IMG/VR virus record: IMGVR_UViG_3300023179_000038
Span: 46,678-110,677 of that record
Strand: one strand, 5' to 3'
DNA: 64,000 nucleotides
Source of the DNA: a virus
This document shows, piece after piece, positions 10,701 to 21,545 of the stretch (its first letter is position 1; each line of letters opens with the position of its first letter). The position numbers were made by a program, and so were the translations under genes. The notes under the pieces were generated by a model. That model did not search any database, was not told where the DNA came from, and saw nothing but the letters and a program-made list of their open reading frames with translations.

Positions 10701-12085
10701 ATGCTATTTAAGTTATTTGTATTAAATGCTTGATCATAATCAAACAACGTAAGTGATCCAGTAGATGCTAAAAGTTGACCGACTGGCAAACCAGATATAC
10801 CAATATCCGATCCAATCTTATTTAAAGCAAAATTAATTGTTTTTTCTGATAGATCTACACATAGTCTTGGAGATAGTTCAATTAAATCAAAAGTTGAATT
10901 TATCTTAGTCATAGTATCAACGACAATACGTAATCCATAAATATAAGAAAATTCACGATATTTTGTTAAACCATCTTGTGTATTAACATAGGATATTGGA
11001 GATGTTGTGTCTGTTACAAAATTAGTTAGCCTATCTATGGTTTCTTCTTGTAAATACCACCCATATGTTGGTGTAAATTTTTCATACAAACTTCCAGTCC
11101 ATATATGATACTCTCCCAAAGAAGTTTCTGAATTTTTTATTAAATAAGCATATCCGTTAATACTTTTTTCAGGCAGTAGGGTCTCTGAAGAAAATTCATC
11201 TGCTTTTATAAAAATGTTTTTATATTTTTCTGGAATTATAAGACCATAAGCAAGTTCAACATAGCCGTCAGATTTTATAATTGGAGTTCCATCATTTCTA
11301 ACTGAAGAGTTGTTAAAATTAATTATATCAACCCAATTATTGTTGCTATCCAAATATTGGATTTTCCATTTTTTAGGAGTACTTTTATTTTCATTTTGAT
11401 AAAATGGATCAGAAAATGTTTTACCCAAACTTGTGAAAGTTCCTAAATTTGTATCTCCAATATGTGTTTGCATTTTTACTATTATTCTATTTGCTGGAAC
11501 TTTTTCTTTATAAACAACAAATGGTGAAGCATCAGAAATATACGAATTTCCATTTAAATTAAAATTTGAAATACCATACTCTAATCCATCTTCTGTTCGA
11601 TAAGATGTCCAATATTTAAATAAATCATTTTTATCAGACATATAATATCTAGGTCGATTAAACATGCTCGGATTTGAATGATGAAAATATTTTCCTGAAA
11701 TAAAAGTTGCCTTATTAATTCCAGATCTTGGTCTAAACCTATTAAAACAATCCTCTAAAGAATATAACAACTTTTGTTTTTCTTTTTTAGATATTAAAAA
11801 CATAGGAGTTGAATTATCTTCTGGACTTATACCGCCATCTATTTTAACGTCAGCATCTGTTGCATTAGTATAAAAATTTCCAATATCATTAATATCAAAT
11901 GTTAAAGATGGTAGTCTATATTTTGAATCAGGGTCTGAGTCTATTGCTAATGGCCTATATCTATAATTTCCAACCTTTAATATGTTATTTGGAATGTTCA
12001 TATTCCACTCTGCAATAACTGCAGATTGAGTCCTAATAACTTCAGAGTTATCTAAATATTCTTTTAATTTTTCGTCTTGAAACAA
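7730..12085 (-). CDS. Large minor tail / tail tip hub protein (1451 aa)
   Basis: Second gene after tape measure; C-terminal GTPHLQLGDIVEI hub-like motif. Confidence 0.7.
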   Translation of the reverse strand: MFQDEKLKEYLDNSEVIRTQSAVIAEWNMNIPNNILKVGNYRYRPLAIDSDPDSKYRLPSLTFDINDIGNFYTNATDADVKIDGGISPEDNSTPMFLISKKEKQKLLYSLEDCFNRFRPRSGINKATFISGKYFHHSNPSMFNRPRYYMSDKNDLFKYWTSYRTEDGLEYGISNFNLNGNSYISDASPFVVYKEKVPANRIIVKMQTHIGDTNLGTFTSLGKTFSDPFYQNENKSTPKKWKIQYLDSNNNWVDIINFNNSSVRNDGTPIIKSDGYVELAYGLIIPEKYKNIFIKADEFSSETLLPEKSINGYAYLIKNSETSLGEYHIWTGSLYEKFTPTYGWYLQEETIDRLTNFVTDTTSPISYVNTQDGLTKYREFSYIYGLRIVVDTMTKINSTFDLIELSPRLCVDLSEKTINFALNKIGSDIGISGLPVGQLLASTGSLTLFDYDQAFNTNNLNSIIKDFITKNIQIKFYEIITDEEQSSYFIPIKTMYTEGFPATDNRSRTVSIQLRDMFFYLESLIAPQILLTNVSVSSAISMLLDSIGFSNYIFKRINFEKESIIPFFFIPPDKTVAEILNDLARSTQTAMFFDEYNNFVCMSKNYIMPTTDQRNTDIVFYGSKDIEKDGVVKNKTISSNISNIVGIASQNTEVFNDGLIKYKTKYIQKTYGSIRQASLIDKEKTWIYKPSLLWEVEGTENTKSINDSSGRQSDYILSAIPLNSDLNNLVPSVSNHKIINNTMDLGEGVYWITRYNGYFYANGEVIKYDAVEYSITDYGNVWITSTQDYQNYFSKLRHNGKIYPTGLIRIYAKPFYENINEITRLKNGDVEKHGRAQFGTSITFHNAGINQYWSNNLNVRGCSMKSDLLFSLSSTEDLQSQSLSMPVDNLAAGVSNELAKQSIRSGTIKNFLTLSYKDEVTSNSILSTQSGTIQSSALVISGPSFTTTQNGIDFISYVNKPLDDRFKHFGTRMRIVGKIENNENRGQTPIGSTTYFVVTGNTPDQNINISGGSGGMAVMINPSTNVGYYFEILALTENNINNYNTSAENLHNVIFYKIKRSASDVSGTTIKQGDAIPIKLWGGLSNIIVDDGNFTGQYRMVGEENPTVYDLAVEYQNIGTIRRFYLYINNKIIAIVDDKDPLPIYNNMALFVRGSARCMFENIYALTNNYSQNTVFALDTPVMTAINDSEIDANESFRKYSMSGIVQSTYLSGIDPNNTPKYNIYFEEFGTIMREAAYFNIRYDKAYPALYAIISPTFNKLKGYAISGFRAGSYGAEFLIFNSTDTSLNLDSTSGNYLRIQGVTFTQESEHNYSVDEYFSQNSDFSNPKFNNNLLIKSPLIFNKQYDDIKASRMTYGKKDFYIDAPYIQTQDDAQEVMSWVISKIMKPRKSVGVQTFGTPHLQLGDIVEIDYKDSSETNEISAKDSRFVVYNIEYIRNTNGPETRVYLSEVV

Positions 12086-12086
12086 A

Positions 12087-12743
12087 TTAAACCTCTTCCA
12101 AGGTTAATGATATGTTCCAAAAATCATGATTATTTCCGCCACGTTTTACTACCGTATATTGAAAATTTGTAAAAAACATTTCTATTAATTCATTATATTT
12201 TGATAAATGAGTAAAGGCATCTTCATCTTTGCCAAAATTTGCATAATTATCATAAGATAAATAAACCCAAAATGAACCAGTGTTGTTTTGATACCAATCT
12301 AAAAGTTCTACTCCACCAGCACCGCCGTCAGTTGTATATTGTTCATCTGGTGAGTTAGGTCTTCCATATCCAGAAACTGACGGTATGCCAGTTGTAGAGT
12401 TAAAGTCTGGCAAAGTATAAAAAGATCTAGAAGGCAGCATGTTCCAAGATACTTCAATAGTATTTTTATCAGCAATATGATATGATCTCATACGACCATT
12501 TACCATTCTTTCTCTTTTTTCTATTCTCATTGGACGAAAATCTATAGGTGATCTATTATCGTCTGAGAGTATTAAAAATTGATCAAAAAGATTTTCATTA
12601 GTTTCTGACCCAGTATCTGAGCCAATCTCAAGCCCAACTGGAAGATAGTATCCATCAGACAAAGTTCCAGCATTTTTGGACCAAAGCATTGCTTGTGGTC
12701 TTTGATATTTTTTTCTTCCCGATAAATATTCACTTGATGCCAT
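12087..12743 (-). CDS. Distal tail (Dit-like) protein
   Basis: Immediately follows tape measure; ends WNISLTLEEV. Confidence 0.65.
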   Translation of the reverse strand: MASSEYLSGRKKYQRPQAMLWSKNAGTLSDGYYLPVGLEIGSDTGSETNENLFDQFLILSDDNRSPIDFRPMRIEKRERMVNGRMRSYHIADKNTIEVSWNMLPSRSFYTLPDFNSTTGIPSVSGYGRPNSPDEQYTTDGGAGGVELLDWYQNNTGSFWVYLSYDNYANFGKDEDAFTHLSKYNELIEMFFTNFQYTVVKRGGNNHDFWNISLTLEEV

Positions 12744-15700
12744 TAAATTCTACCACTCCTTATTCTTAAAGAATCTATCTGCCTTATCTTAGACATTACA
12801 GTGTTTGCAATTTGTTCTGGATTTGCATCAGACCTTACATTAACACTTAAATTATAATTATAAACTGAGTTTCCGTCATATGTTCCGTTATTGATAGCCT
12901 TCATTTTGTCTACACCAAAAGAATCTACAGCATATCTACTCATCACAAATTCTCCTGGTGTTAACATTGCTGGTACTGTATCTGTTCCACGAGCAAATCC
13001 ACCAGAAACAAAATACTTAGGAACTATACCTCCATTTGCTCTTCCAAACCACCCACTAAATGTATTTGTGAGAGCATTTTTTACTGTTGAAACTGGATTA
13101 GTAACTATATTTTTAACTGCCGTCGCAACATTAGATATTCCTGTTGATACAGACTTTGCCACATTTGATACACCAGAAGCCACTGACTTAACTGCATTAG
13201 ATATAGGAGTAGTAACAGTAGAAACAACTTTAGATATTGGATTATTAACACCAAGATTCATTCCAATACTTGAAGGGCTTGTTGTAGGAACTATTTTTGT
13301 TGATGCACTTGTTACTCCCGATAATGGATTATATTTATCTGGACCAGTAAATGTTGGAACTGATGGAACGTTAGTCTGGGTATTTGACATTTGTTGTGTT
13401 TGAGGTCCTGAACCTACTTCTGTTGTTTTAGTTGGAGCATTTCCTGTATTTGTAGTGGTTGACACTACTGGAGGAGTTTCGTCATCTTTTAAAGTTACAA
13501 TTTTATGATAAGTTACATATGTTTTATTGTTAAGATCATTCCAATAATTTTTAATACTTTCTACAATTCCTAATGCAGCAAACATTGAATTTTTATATTC
13601 ATTACTACTTGTTTTTGCTGTATCAATTCCATTTTTAATAGATTCCCATTCAGATCTTGATTTATCAAGAACCCTTAAACTATTAATTAGTTCATTTTTT
13701 TGAATCTCTGCAAGCCTTATAGATTCTCGTGCTGGCTCTAATATTTTTTCTTCTAAAATTAAAATTTGATCTTGAAGGTTTTTTATTTTTTCTTCAATTT
13801 GAATTCTTGTATACCCCTGATCATTTCTAATTTTTGCAATACTATTTTCTTTTGATTGCTCAAGTGCAGATCTTTGTTGATCTATTGCATTTTGGGCTGA
13901 TTGAGATCTTGATTCTTGTACCGCTTTTGCAGCAGCAGCAATATCTCCTTGTGATAAAGCATCAGCAATTGTTAATTGAGATTTTTGTTGTTGAATTATT
14001 CTATTGTTTACTTTTTGAATTTGATCCAATGCTTTAAATTTGTCTTCATAGGAATCGTTTATTGCTTTTTCCTGATTTTCAATATCTTTAAGTCCATACT
14101 CCCAATCATCAATTTGATATTGAATTAATGCAATATTATTTTCAGTTTTTTGTATTAAATCTTTATTGTTTCTGGTATCTATGTCAAATTTTAATTCTAT
14201 AGATTTTTCCTTAGCATCAAAGGCTTCCATGGCTTTACCAAAACCTTCATCAAATAAACCTTGCATAAAGTCTATTGTCTTTATTTGTTGTGCAAGCCTT
14301 ATTGCAAACTGACTACCGCCCTGTTCTCCCGCTTCATACAGTGCTTTTAATATTGGATCTGAAATTATTGCTCTGGCTTCTTTAAATCCAAAACTATTTT
14401 TTATTGACTGCGTAATAATTTCATCTTGATTGGCTTCTTCTATTGCTTTATTTGCATCTTCAATAGCCGTGCTTCTTTTTTCTTGTTTAATAAAATCATT
14501 ATATAGCACTATCATTTTTTGAAGTTCTGCTTTATTTTTACTAGTAGCAATCATTGCCCTAAATGATTTATCGGCAATTAATTCGTATGCTTTACCAACT
14601 GGAACACCCAATTGAGTTAATTTTGCATATGCCTTATTTTGATCAACTAATTCTTGTTTTTGTTGTTGTATTGCAGATTGAAAATCTCCAGCAACAACGG
14701 AATTTAATGCTTCTTGTATATTAGTGGCATCCCTTTTTAAAGCAATTATATTTCCTTTGTTGTCAAATTTAAATAATGAATTTTTACGCTTTTCATATTC
14801 TTTTGGATCCATTCCAACAATTAATTCTATTAGATTTTGTCCAGCACCAATCGATCTTAAATCTTGCTCAATTCCACTGAATGCTGTTATTGTTTTATTA
14901 CCACCAAATAACTTATCTAGCGCTTTACGTGAAGATGCCCATCCTTCTGTAACCTTAATTTGATTTAATCTAACATCTTTTAATTTTTTAATAATATCGT
15001 CTAACGGAGAAGAACTTACTTTAGATCCTTCTACAGGAGGTATATTAGATTTTTTATCTGTAGTTACATCCTTAGAAGCAACAGTTACTTTGTATGCTGA
15101 CTCAGCATAGTAATCTCCTTCGGTTTTTCCAGGATTTGCTTTAAGCCAATTCTGAATTGCTTCCTTGTTGTTACCCTCCATATTGACCATTGTTGTTAAT
15201 GTTTGCAGGTACACCTTTTGTTGCTCTGGAGGTAATGAGTTAAAATATTCTTGATTTGCACGAAGAACCTCTATTTCTTTTGCACCAAGAATTTTTGTTG
15301 CAATTTCTAAATCAATCTTACCTTTTTGAGCGCTAATATAATCTATGGTTTTTTGTAGTTGCGCTGCTGCGATTGGATTATTGCTATAAAAACTTAAGGC
15401 AACCCCTACATCAACTACTTGACCAGACTTGCTTATCTCAGAAAATAATTTTAGATATTTTTCTGCATCAGCAGCAGTTTTTGTACTAATATCGGCAAGG
15501 AATTTAGTTTGTTGCTGCTTTAATGGTTTTCCATTTTTATCAACAAACAAACTTGATATAGCAATAGCCTGGTTTGCAAATGCACCACCAAATTTAGTTA
15601 CAATACTCATAACTTTTTCTAAAGATTTTTTATCATTACTAAATGTTTCCATTAAGTTAATAATTTGCATTGGGTCCATCTGTCCAGAAGCAACTTGCAT

Positions 15701-18700
15701 TTTTAATGTATATTGAAGTTCTTTGGACATACCACTATCATTAATTAAATCTTTAGCCATGGGAACAATGTCTTCCATTGCTGTACCCTTATATTTTTTT
15801 GTAATGGCTTTATCTATACCAGTTTCTAAAGCACCACGAACAGCACTAGAAGATTTTGCATAAGTATTTTGAATATCTGTAATCAATCTTCCGTTTTCAG
15901 CAATTAATGTTGCATTTGCTTTTTCATATTCACCCTGCAATCTAGTTGCTTCCGCAATATCATTTGCTGCCTTTGCATTTTCAATTCTTTTTTCGTATTC
16001 TAATCTTAAAGAATCTTGCATTTCTTGACTTTGTTCTAAAGCCATTTTTTGTATTGCAACATTAGCACCAGATGCTATTCCAAGTTTTTGTTGTTGTCCT
16101 TTTTGTGCAAAGTATAATGCTCCTGCTGAAATAGTTGCACCTATTGCTGCACCTATTGCAGTTCCAACAACTGGCACAACTGATCCTGCTGCTGCTCCTG
16201 TTGCTGCTCCACCGAGTATTCCACCAGCAATTGCCCCACCAATACCATAACCAGCCATACCAACTTTTGTTTGTGTTTGTGTTAATGCCCCTGGTGCTGC
16301 AGCATTCAATATTCCAAATTTTTGTTGTAAATCTTTTCTTGATTCTTCTACCAATCTTAATCTAAGTTGTAATGGATCCTTCATTAAATTTTCTCCATTA
16401 ACACCTACTAATTCAATTAATTTTGCATTAACCTGTATGCCAAAAGAGTAATCGCCCAATTCAGAAGAAATATTTGCTGCAATGCTTCTTGCCTGTGCTG
16501 GATTTATTGCTCCTGATGCAATTCCTGTTGCAAGTTGATTTAACAACTGGTTCTGTGCAGTTTGCCTTCCATTAGTTTTAATAGATTGAGATAGGTTTGA
16601 AAGCATTGCCTTGCCACCTTCAGATTGAACGTAACTTTCACCAAAAGTTGTTTTTCCTGTTTGAATCTGAAATTGAGAAAGCATTTGTGATCTTCTTCTA
16701 TCCATAATTTCGCCAGCACGAGCAGTTCCAGCGAACTCAGAAAGATCCTGAATAGCCTTTTCGCCACTACCCATGGCTTCAGCCATTTTCATTGCGTTGT
16801 CTTGTGCTTTATCAAATGCCATACGTAATGCAAGTGTTGCTGCCACTACAGCAGTTAAACCAACAGCAAATGCTCCAAGTGGACTTGTGATAAGTGGCAA
16901 TAGCATTGTTAATGTAATTAATGGCATCATTAATTTCTGTGCTACCTCGCCAACTTTTCCTGGTGCCATAGACGCAGCCATCATAACCCCAGATGCTGCC
17001 ATCATTCCAGTTCCAGCACTCATTCTATTTCTTCTGACTGAAACATTGTCTTCTTTATTTATACCATTAGCAACCATTCCAGTGATTGTGCTTTGTTTTA
17101 ATAATCTTTTTTCTTTAATAGCATCAAGTCTTTGCTGTTTATCTATTTGTCTACGCAATGATTTTTGCATTGGATCAATAGGACCAGTTCCATAAAGAGC
17201 AGTTCTAGATGCAACTGCTTTTTGTGACTGTGTTCTAGCCCCGTCAACTAGTGCTGTACCTAATTGTTTTCCAGTTATCTTTGCATCATCAATAAATTCT
17301 TTTGCTCCAACTACCAGACCCTTTCCAGATTCCTGTCCAACTTTTTGCATTCTTCTTGATGGAGATTTAATCTGTAACGCTTCTTCTGCTGCAGTTGGCA
17401 TAGAATTTACTATTCTTGCAATACCACGTTTTAAGGTTCCTTCTGTGCGTTTTGTTGCTGCAATAATTTCAGTAGTTTGTTTAGACATTGTTTCTGTTCT
17501 TGCGGTTGCTGCATCTGCCACTGCACCTGCATAAAGTCTAAAGTTTTTAGAAACATCTTTTGCTTTAATAACACCAGTTGACATATCTCTATCTATTGCA
17601 GAAAGAACTCTGCCTTGAATCATTAACTCATCACCAACAAGTGCAGTTCCTTGTGTTACTTTTGCAGTAATTGATTGAATTTGTGATTCTGTTGCACCTG
17701 ATTTAGATAAATATTGTAAATATAGTTCTCTATTTTTTCTTGAAGACTTTAAAGAGTTTGATAGATTATTCTCTGCACCAGTTTGTGTAGTCCAAACATC
17801 TGAATTCCAAGCAGCAAGCAATTTTTTCTGTGAATTATTTAATTCAATGACGTGTGCCCTGTCTAACTGTGTTGCAGCAGTAATTTGTTTAGTAGTAGCA
17901 CCAAGGGCTGTCATTTTCTTTTCAATTGCTTTTGCTGCTGCATTTGCTTGATCTAATTCTGCTTGTGCTGCTGACATACCTCGTTCACTAATTAGTTGTG
18001 TCTGTATTGTTCTTCTTTCTCCAGCGCCACGTGCATTAAATGTTGCAGTTCTTCCAACCCAATCTGATTTAGCAAATGCTGGACCTGCAATCTTGCCTTT
18101 GCTTGCTGCTGCTAAACGAACCTGCTCTTTAAATTGTTCAAGATTAATTTTTGTTTCAGATGCCAATTTTTCTAATGCAATTTTTAGTATGTCGTCAATT
18201 TGACCGAGAGTTCCATCAATAAGACTTTGAATTCTTGCAGTAGTTGCTTGTTGTTTTGTACTTATATTAAAAGATTCTTGTCCAACATTAACAGATCCTC
18301 CTGCAAACTTAGATAATCTGCCACCACCTATCATAAACTTAATTGCTGGTTTATTTGCTGGATCTTGTGCTGGTCCTGCTGGAATTACTGCTTCTCCTGG
18401 TGTAAGCATGGATGGAACGGAATCTGTTCCTCTTGCATAGTATCTTACTCCAATAGTACCTTTGTTAAATTTCTTTGGTCCTTTACTACCTCTACCGCCA
18501 ACAAAACCAGCGGTTGGCATAAACGCTGCTTGAGCACTAATTGCTTTTCTATATACATTAACCAATGCAGTAAGAGCATTGGTTTCAGATGTAAAGGTTT
18601 GTGTGAGTTTGGTATGAACTTGATCTAAAGATGATGCAACTGAGGCAGCCTCTAGTTGTTCTTGTGTCATATACTGTGTTTGATTGCCAAGGGATTGAGA

Positions 18701-20467
18701 TGATTGTCCAACTCTATTAAACAAACCTTTAACACTAGTAAATAATTTAATTATATTTGCTAAACCGTTTGCAAGCAAACCAAAAGTCATAAGCGCTACT
18801 GGTCCAATACCAGCCAAAACTGTAGTTAAAATAACAGCAAAGTTTTTTGCTCCATCACTAAGATTATTGAATCTATCTAATACTTTTGAAATAAAATCTA
18901 CAACTGGTGTTATTGCTTTTAAGAATGACTCTCCAATTGGAGCCAAAGTAAGTTTTAGATCCTCTATTGATTTTTTAAATTTATACATTGGAGATTCTTC
19001 AACACGTTTTAATTCTCGTTCTGCCAAAATAGCCAACTCTTCTGTTGTTGCCTGAGTCAAACTTAGTACACGACTTGCCTGATTTCCTTGTGCAATAACA
19101 TTTTGGAATAAAGTAGAAAGACGTGAAAATTGAAATTTACCAAATAATTGTTCTATAGCACGTGCACGATTTAATGGATCTAGTGTATCTAACGCTTTAG
19201 CAAAATCAATAACAACACCCTTAACATTTCCTTTATTTGCCTCTACAATTCCTTTAATATTTATACCCATTGATCCAAGCATTTTGCTTGCTTTTTCTGT
19301 TGGATTAATTAATGATGCAAGACCAGACTTTAATGCGTTAGCACCTTCTGATGCGTTGATACCGCCTTCTTTCATAGCGGTTAAGAAAAACGCTAAATCT
19401 TCTACATCTCCACCAAGTTGTTGTACAACTGGACCTGCTTTAGGAATTGCAATTGTTAAATCTTCAATAGATACGACAGTTTGGTTTTCAACTGCGTTAA
19501 GAAAATTAATCTTTTTTGTTAGATCTTCTGCAGCAATTCCAAATGCATTTGATAAAGAAATAGTAGTTTCTAAAGCCTGCTCTTGTTCAACTCCACCAAG
19601 TATAGAAAGTCTTGTTGCTTGATTTACCTGTGCTAATAAATCAGCCCCCATTTTACCGCTTGCAGCAGCGGTTGCTGCCATTTCCATAGTTTTTTCAACA
19701 GCAACACCATATTTTGTAAATTCTTTAGCAAGCAACTGAATCTCTTTTAACATTGCGTTTGTTTCTTCGCCAGTTGTAAACATTTCTCCATAAACACGTT
19801 TAAATCTAATTGCTTGCTCTTCAATTTGCATAAATGTTCGTGCTGCCTGAGTTCCAAGCATTGCGAGGGGAATTGTAAAACCAACCATTAACTGACGACC
19901 AGCCCACTGTGTATTTTTACCAAAATTTAAAAGATTTGTAGATCCTTGTTTTAATAATTGATTTAATAATTGCTGTCTTTGTGCTGCAATTTGAGTTTTT
20001 GTTGCCAGGCTTTCCATATCAAGCGCTAAAGGCCTAACTGCAATAGCCTTCATTGCTCCATTAGCATCACGACCCATCTTAATATATTGAGTCTGTAAAG
20101 TTTTTACTCTTTCTCTTGATACCTTTTCGATAGTATCAAACTCTTGTTTAAATAGTCTTCCAAAAGTTTTTGTTGATGCTCCAGCATACCTAAAATATTC
20201 TTTTACTGTAAATTTATTTTTTTCTAAAGCATTAGTAAATGATTCTGTAGACGTACGAATTGTACGCATATCTGCTGCAAATTTTCCAGTTGCATTTAAA
20301 GAGTTAACCAAATTTTGTTGCAAATTTGAAGATACTGCTGCAGCAGCAGCACCACTCTTTGCCATTGAGGTGTGAAAGGCTGATATTTGACGCTGAAGCA
20401 GTTTAATACTTGATAACGCTTCAGAGGTATCAATATTTACTTGTATATTTGACTGAACATCAGCCAT
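12743..20467 (-). CDS. Tape measure protein (2574 aa)
   Basis: Size, Ala-rich coiled-coil, TP901-like core (GINASEGANALKS), hydrophobic segments, position after chaperones. Confidence 0.95.
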   Translation of the reverse strand: MADVQSNIQVNIDTSEALSSIKLLQRQISAFHTSMAKSGAAAAAVSSNLQQNLVNSLNATGKFAADMRTIRTSTESFTNALEKNKFTVKEYFRYAGASTKTFGRLFKQEFDTIEKVSRERVKTLQTQYIKMGRDANGAMKAIAVRPLALDMESLATKTQIAAQRQQLLNQLLKQGSTNLLNFGKNTQWAGRQLMVGFTIPLAMLGTQAARTFMQIEEQAIRFKRVYGEMFTTGEETNAMLKEIQLLAKEFTKYGVAVEKTMEMAATAAASGKMGADLLAQVNQATRLSILGGVEQEQALETTISLSNAFGIAAEDLTKKINFLNAVENQTVVSIEDLTIAIPKAGPVVQQLGGDVEDLAFFLTAMKEGGINASEGANALKSGLASLINPTEKASKMLGSMGINIKGIVEANKGNVKGVVIDFAKALDTLDPLNRARAIEQLFGKFQFSRLSTLFQNVIAQGNQASRVLSLTQATTEELAILAERELKRVEESPMYKFKKSIEDLKLTLAPIGESFLKAITPVVDFISKVLDRFNNLSDGAKNFAVILTTVLAGIGPVALMTFGLLANGLANIIKLFTSVKGLFNRVGQSSQSLGNQTQYMTQEQLEAASVASSLDQVHTKLTQTFTSETNALTALVNVYRKAISAQAAFMPTAGFVGGRGSKGPKKFNKGTIGVRYYARGTDSVPSMLTPGEAVIPAGPAQDPANKPAIKFMIGGGRLSKFAGGSVNVGQESFNISTKQQATTARIQSLIDGTLGQIDDILKIALEKLASETKINLEQFKEQVRLAAASKGKIAGPAFAKSDWVGRTATFNARGAGERRTIQTQLISERGMSAAQAELDQANAAAKAIEKKMTALGATTKQITAATQLDRAHVIELNNSQKKLLAAWNSDVWTTQTGAENNLSNSLKSSRKNRELYLQYLSKSGATESQIQSITAKVTQGTALVGDELMIQGRVLSAIDRDMSTGVIKAKDVSKNFRLYAGAVADAATARTETMSKQTTEIIAATKRTEGTLKRGIARIVNSMPTAAEEALQIKSPSRRMQKVGQESGKGLVVGAKEFIDDAKITGKQLGTALVDGARTQSQKAVASRTALYGTGPIDPMQKSLRRQIDKQQRLDAIKEKRLLKQSTITGMVANGINKEDNVSVRRNRMSAGTGMMAASGVMMAASMAPGKVGEVAQKLMMPLITLTMLLPLITSPLGAFAVGLTAVVAATLALRMAFDKAQDNAMKMAEAMGSGEKAIQDLSEFAGTARAGEIMDRRRSQMLSQFQIQTGKTTFGESYVQSEGGKAMLSNLSQSIKTNGRQTAQNQLLNQLATGIASGAINPAQARSIAANISSELGDYSFGIQVNAKLIELVGVNGENLMKDPLQLRLRLVEESRKDLQQKFGILNAAAPGALTQTQTKVGMAGYGIGGAIAGGILGGAATGAAAGSVVPVVGTAIGAAIGATISAGALYFAQKGQQQKLGIASGANVAIQKMALEQSQEMQDSLRLEYEKRIENAKAANDIAEATRLQGEYEKANATLIAENGRLITDIQNTYAKSSSAVRGALETGIDKAITKKYKGTAMEDIVPMAKDLINDSGMSKELQYTLKMQVASGQMDPMQIINLMETFSNDKKSLEKVMSIVTKFGGAFANQAIAISSLFVDKNGKPLKQQQTKFLADISTKTAADAEKYLKLFSEISKSGQVVDVGVALSFYSNNPIAAAQLQKTIDYISAQKGKIDLEIATKILGAKEIEVLRANQEYFNSLPPEQQKVYLQTLTTMVNMEGNNKEAIQNWLKANPGKTEGDYYAESAYKVTVASKDVTTDKKSNIPPVEGSKVSSSPLDDIIKKLKDVRLNQIKVTEGWASSRKALDKLFGGNKTITAFSGIEQDLRSIGAGQNLIELIVGMDPKEYEKRKNSLFKFDNKGNIIALKRDATNIQEALNSVVAGDFQSAIQQQKQELVDQNKAYAKLTQLGVPVGKAYELIADKSFRAMIATSKNKAELQKMIVLYNDFIKQEKRSTAIEDANKAIEEANQDEIITQSIKNSFGFKEARAIISDPILKALYEAGEQGGSQFAIRLAQQIKTIDFMQGLFDEGFGKAMEAFDAKEKSIELKFDIDTRNNKDLIQKTENNIALIQYQIDDWEYGLKDIENQEKAINDSYEDKFKALDQIQKVNNRIIQQQKSQLTIADALSQGDIAAAAKAVQESRSQSAQNAIDQQRSALEQSKENSIAKIRNDQGYTRIQIEEKIKNLQDQILILEEKILEPARESIRLAEIQKNELINSLRVLDKSRSEWESIKNGIDTAKTSSNEYKNSMFAALGIVESIKNYWNDLNNKTYVTYHKIVTLKDDETPPVVSTTTNTGNAPTKTTEVGSGPQTQQMSNTQTNVPSVPTFTGPDKYNPLSGVTSASTKIVPTTSPSSIGMNLGVNNPISKVVSTVTTPISNAVKSVASGVSNVAKSVSTGISNVATAVKNIVTNPVSTVKNALTNTFSGWFGRANGGIVPKYFVSGGFARGTDTVPAMLTPGEFVMSRYAVDSFGVDKMKAINNGTYDGNSVYNYNLSVNVRSDANPEQIANTVMSKIRQIDSLRIRSGRI

Positions 20468-20482
20468 TCACTAGCACCCCAA

Positions 20483-20812
20483 TTAACTATTAGTTACAAG
20501 ACTGCCTACTAGCGATGCATCAGTTAGTTTGATTCCAGATGCTTCTTCGACAATTTTGTACACTGTTGGAAGATCTAGATTTTCTTCTAGAGCCTCCAAG
20601 TCTTCTGATAATTCTGGTTTGTATTGCTTCATAGCGATACTAACGCATTCCATAAGAAGATTCATTGATTTTTCATTATTTTCTGCTACTGCAGCAATTC
20701 CCTCAAACTTAGTCATAAATTGACGAAGTAAAGAAATTTTTAAAGGACGTACTTTTATTTTAGTTCCATCGATTAATGTTACCGTTTTTTCTTCATGTAC
20801 GGTAGTAGTCAT
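20483..20812 (-). CDS. Tail assembly chaperone, short (gpG-like) paralog
   Basis: Between major tail and tape measure; aligns with N-half of 20859-21545; RBS AAGGAGGAG. Confidence 0.75.
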   Translation of the reverse strand: MTTTVHEEKTVTLIDGTKIKVRPLKISLLRQFMTKFEGIAAVAENNEKSMNLLMECVSIAMKQYKPELSEDLEALEENLDLPTVYKIVEEASGIKLTDASLVGSLVTNS

Positions 20813-20858
20813 TTATCTCCTCCTTATAAGGTTAAATTAATTATACCACAGCGGTATT

Positions 20859-21545
20859 TTATTTTTTAGTAAGATCCTCATAGTCTAAACCAAGCCCTAT
20901 GCCAAATCCAGCCTTTGCTGCGTTGCTACCCTGTAAGGCTAAGACATCTTTTGGATTATTAGTTTTTCCTTTACTAAACACCTTTGCCTTTAATTCTTGC
21001 CAAGCATCCTTTTTCCCAGACTGTTTATCTAAGTCTACTCCTTGAATTGCTGCTAAAAATTTTTTTTCAGAATACTCTAATTCTCTTTTTATTTCTAAAG
21101 TTGCCAACATTTCTGGCATAGATAGTGATAACTCTAGTTCTTCATAATCTTTCCAAATTCCAAGCAAAAATGTTTCAGACTCTAGTTTTGCAAGATCTAA
21201 ATTGTCCCAAGTTGATCCACTATCTACTGCTTGTTTTTTTACTGATTCATCGACTTTAGAATTTACCTTAATTCCTGCTGCAATATCTAATACTTTATAT
21301 ATTGTTGGAAGATCAATACTATCTTCTAATTCTTCTATTGTTTTTATATCGGGGAAATATTGTTGCATAGATATTCTGGCACATTCTGCAAGCATAGATA
21401 TTGCTTCAGCATCATCTTTAGCATTTTTTACTAAATCAAACACAGACATAAATTCACGCAAAAATTTTATTTTTAATGGAGTAATGTATATTTCTCTTCC
21501 ATCGACTAATGATATTTTTGCACTATCATATATTTTTGTTGCCAT
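20859..21545 (-). CDS. Tail assembly chaperone, long (gpGT-like) paralog
   Basis: N-half paralogous to downstream gene, plus extra C-terminal domain (GIWKDYEELELSLSMPE). Confidence 0.75.
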   Translation of the reverse strand: MATKIYDSAKISLVDGREIYITPLKIKFLREFMSVFDLVKNAKDDAEAISMLAECARISMQQYFPDIKTIEELEDSIDLPTIYKVLDIAAGIKVNSKVDESVKKQAVDSGSTWDNLDLAKLESETFLLGIWKDYEELELSLSMPEMLATLEIKRELEYSEKKFLAAIQGVDLDKQSGKKDAWQELKAKVFSKGKTNNPKDVLALQGSNAAKAGFGIGLGLDYEDLTKK

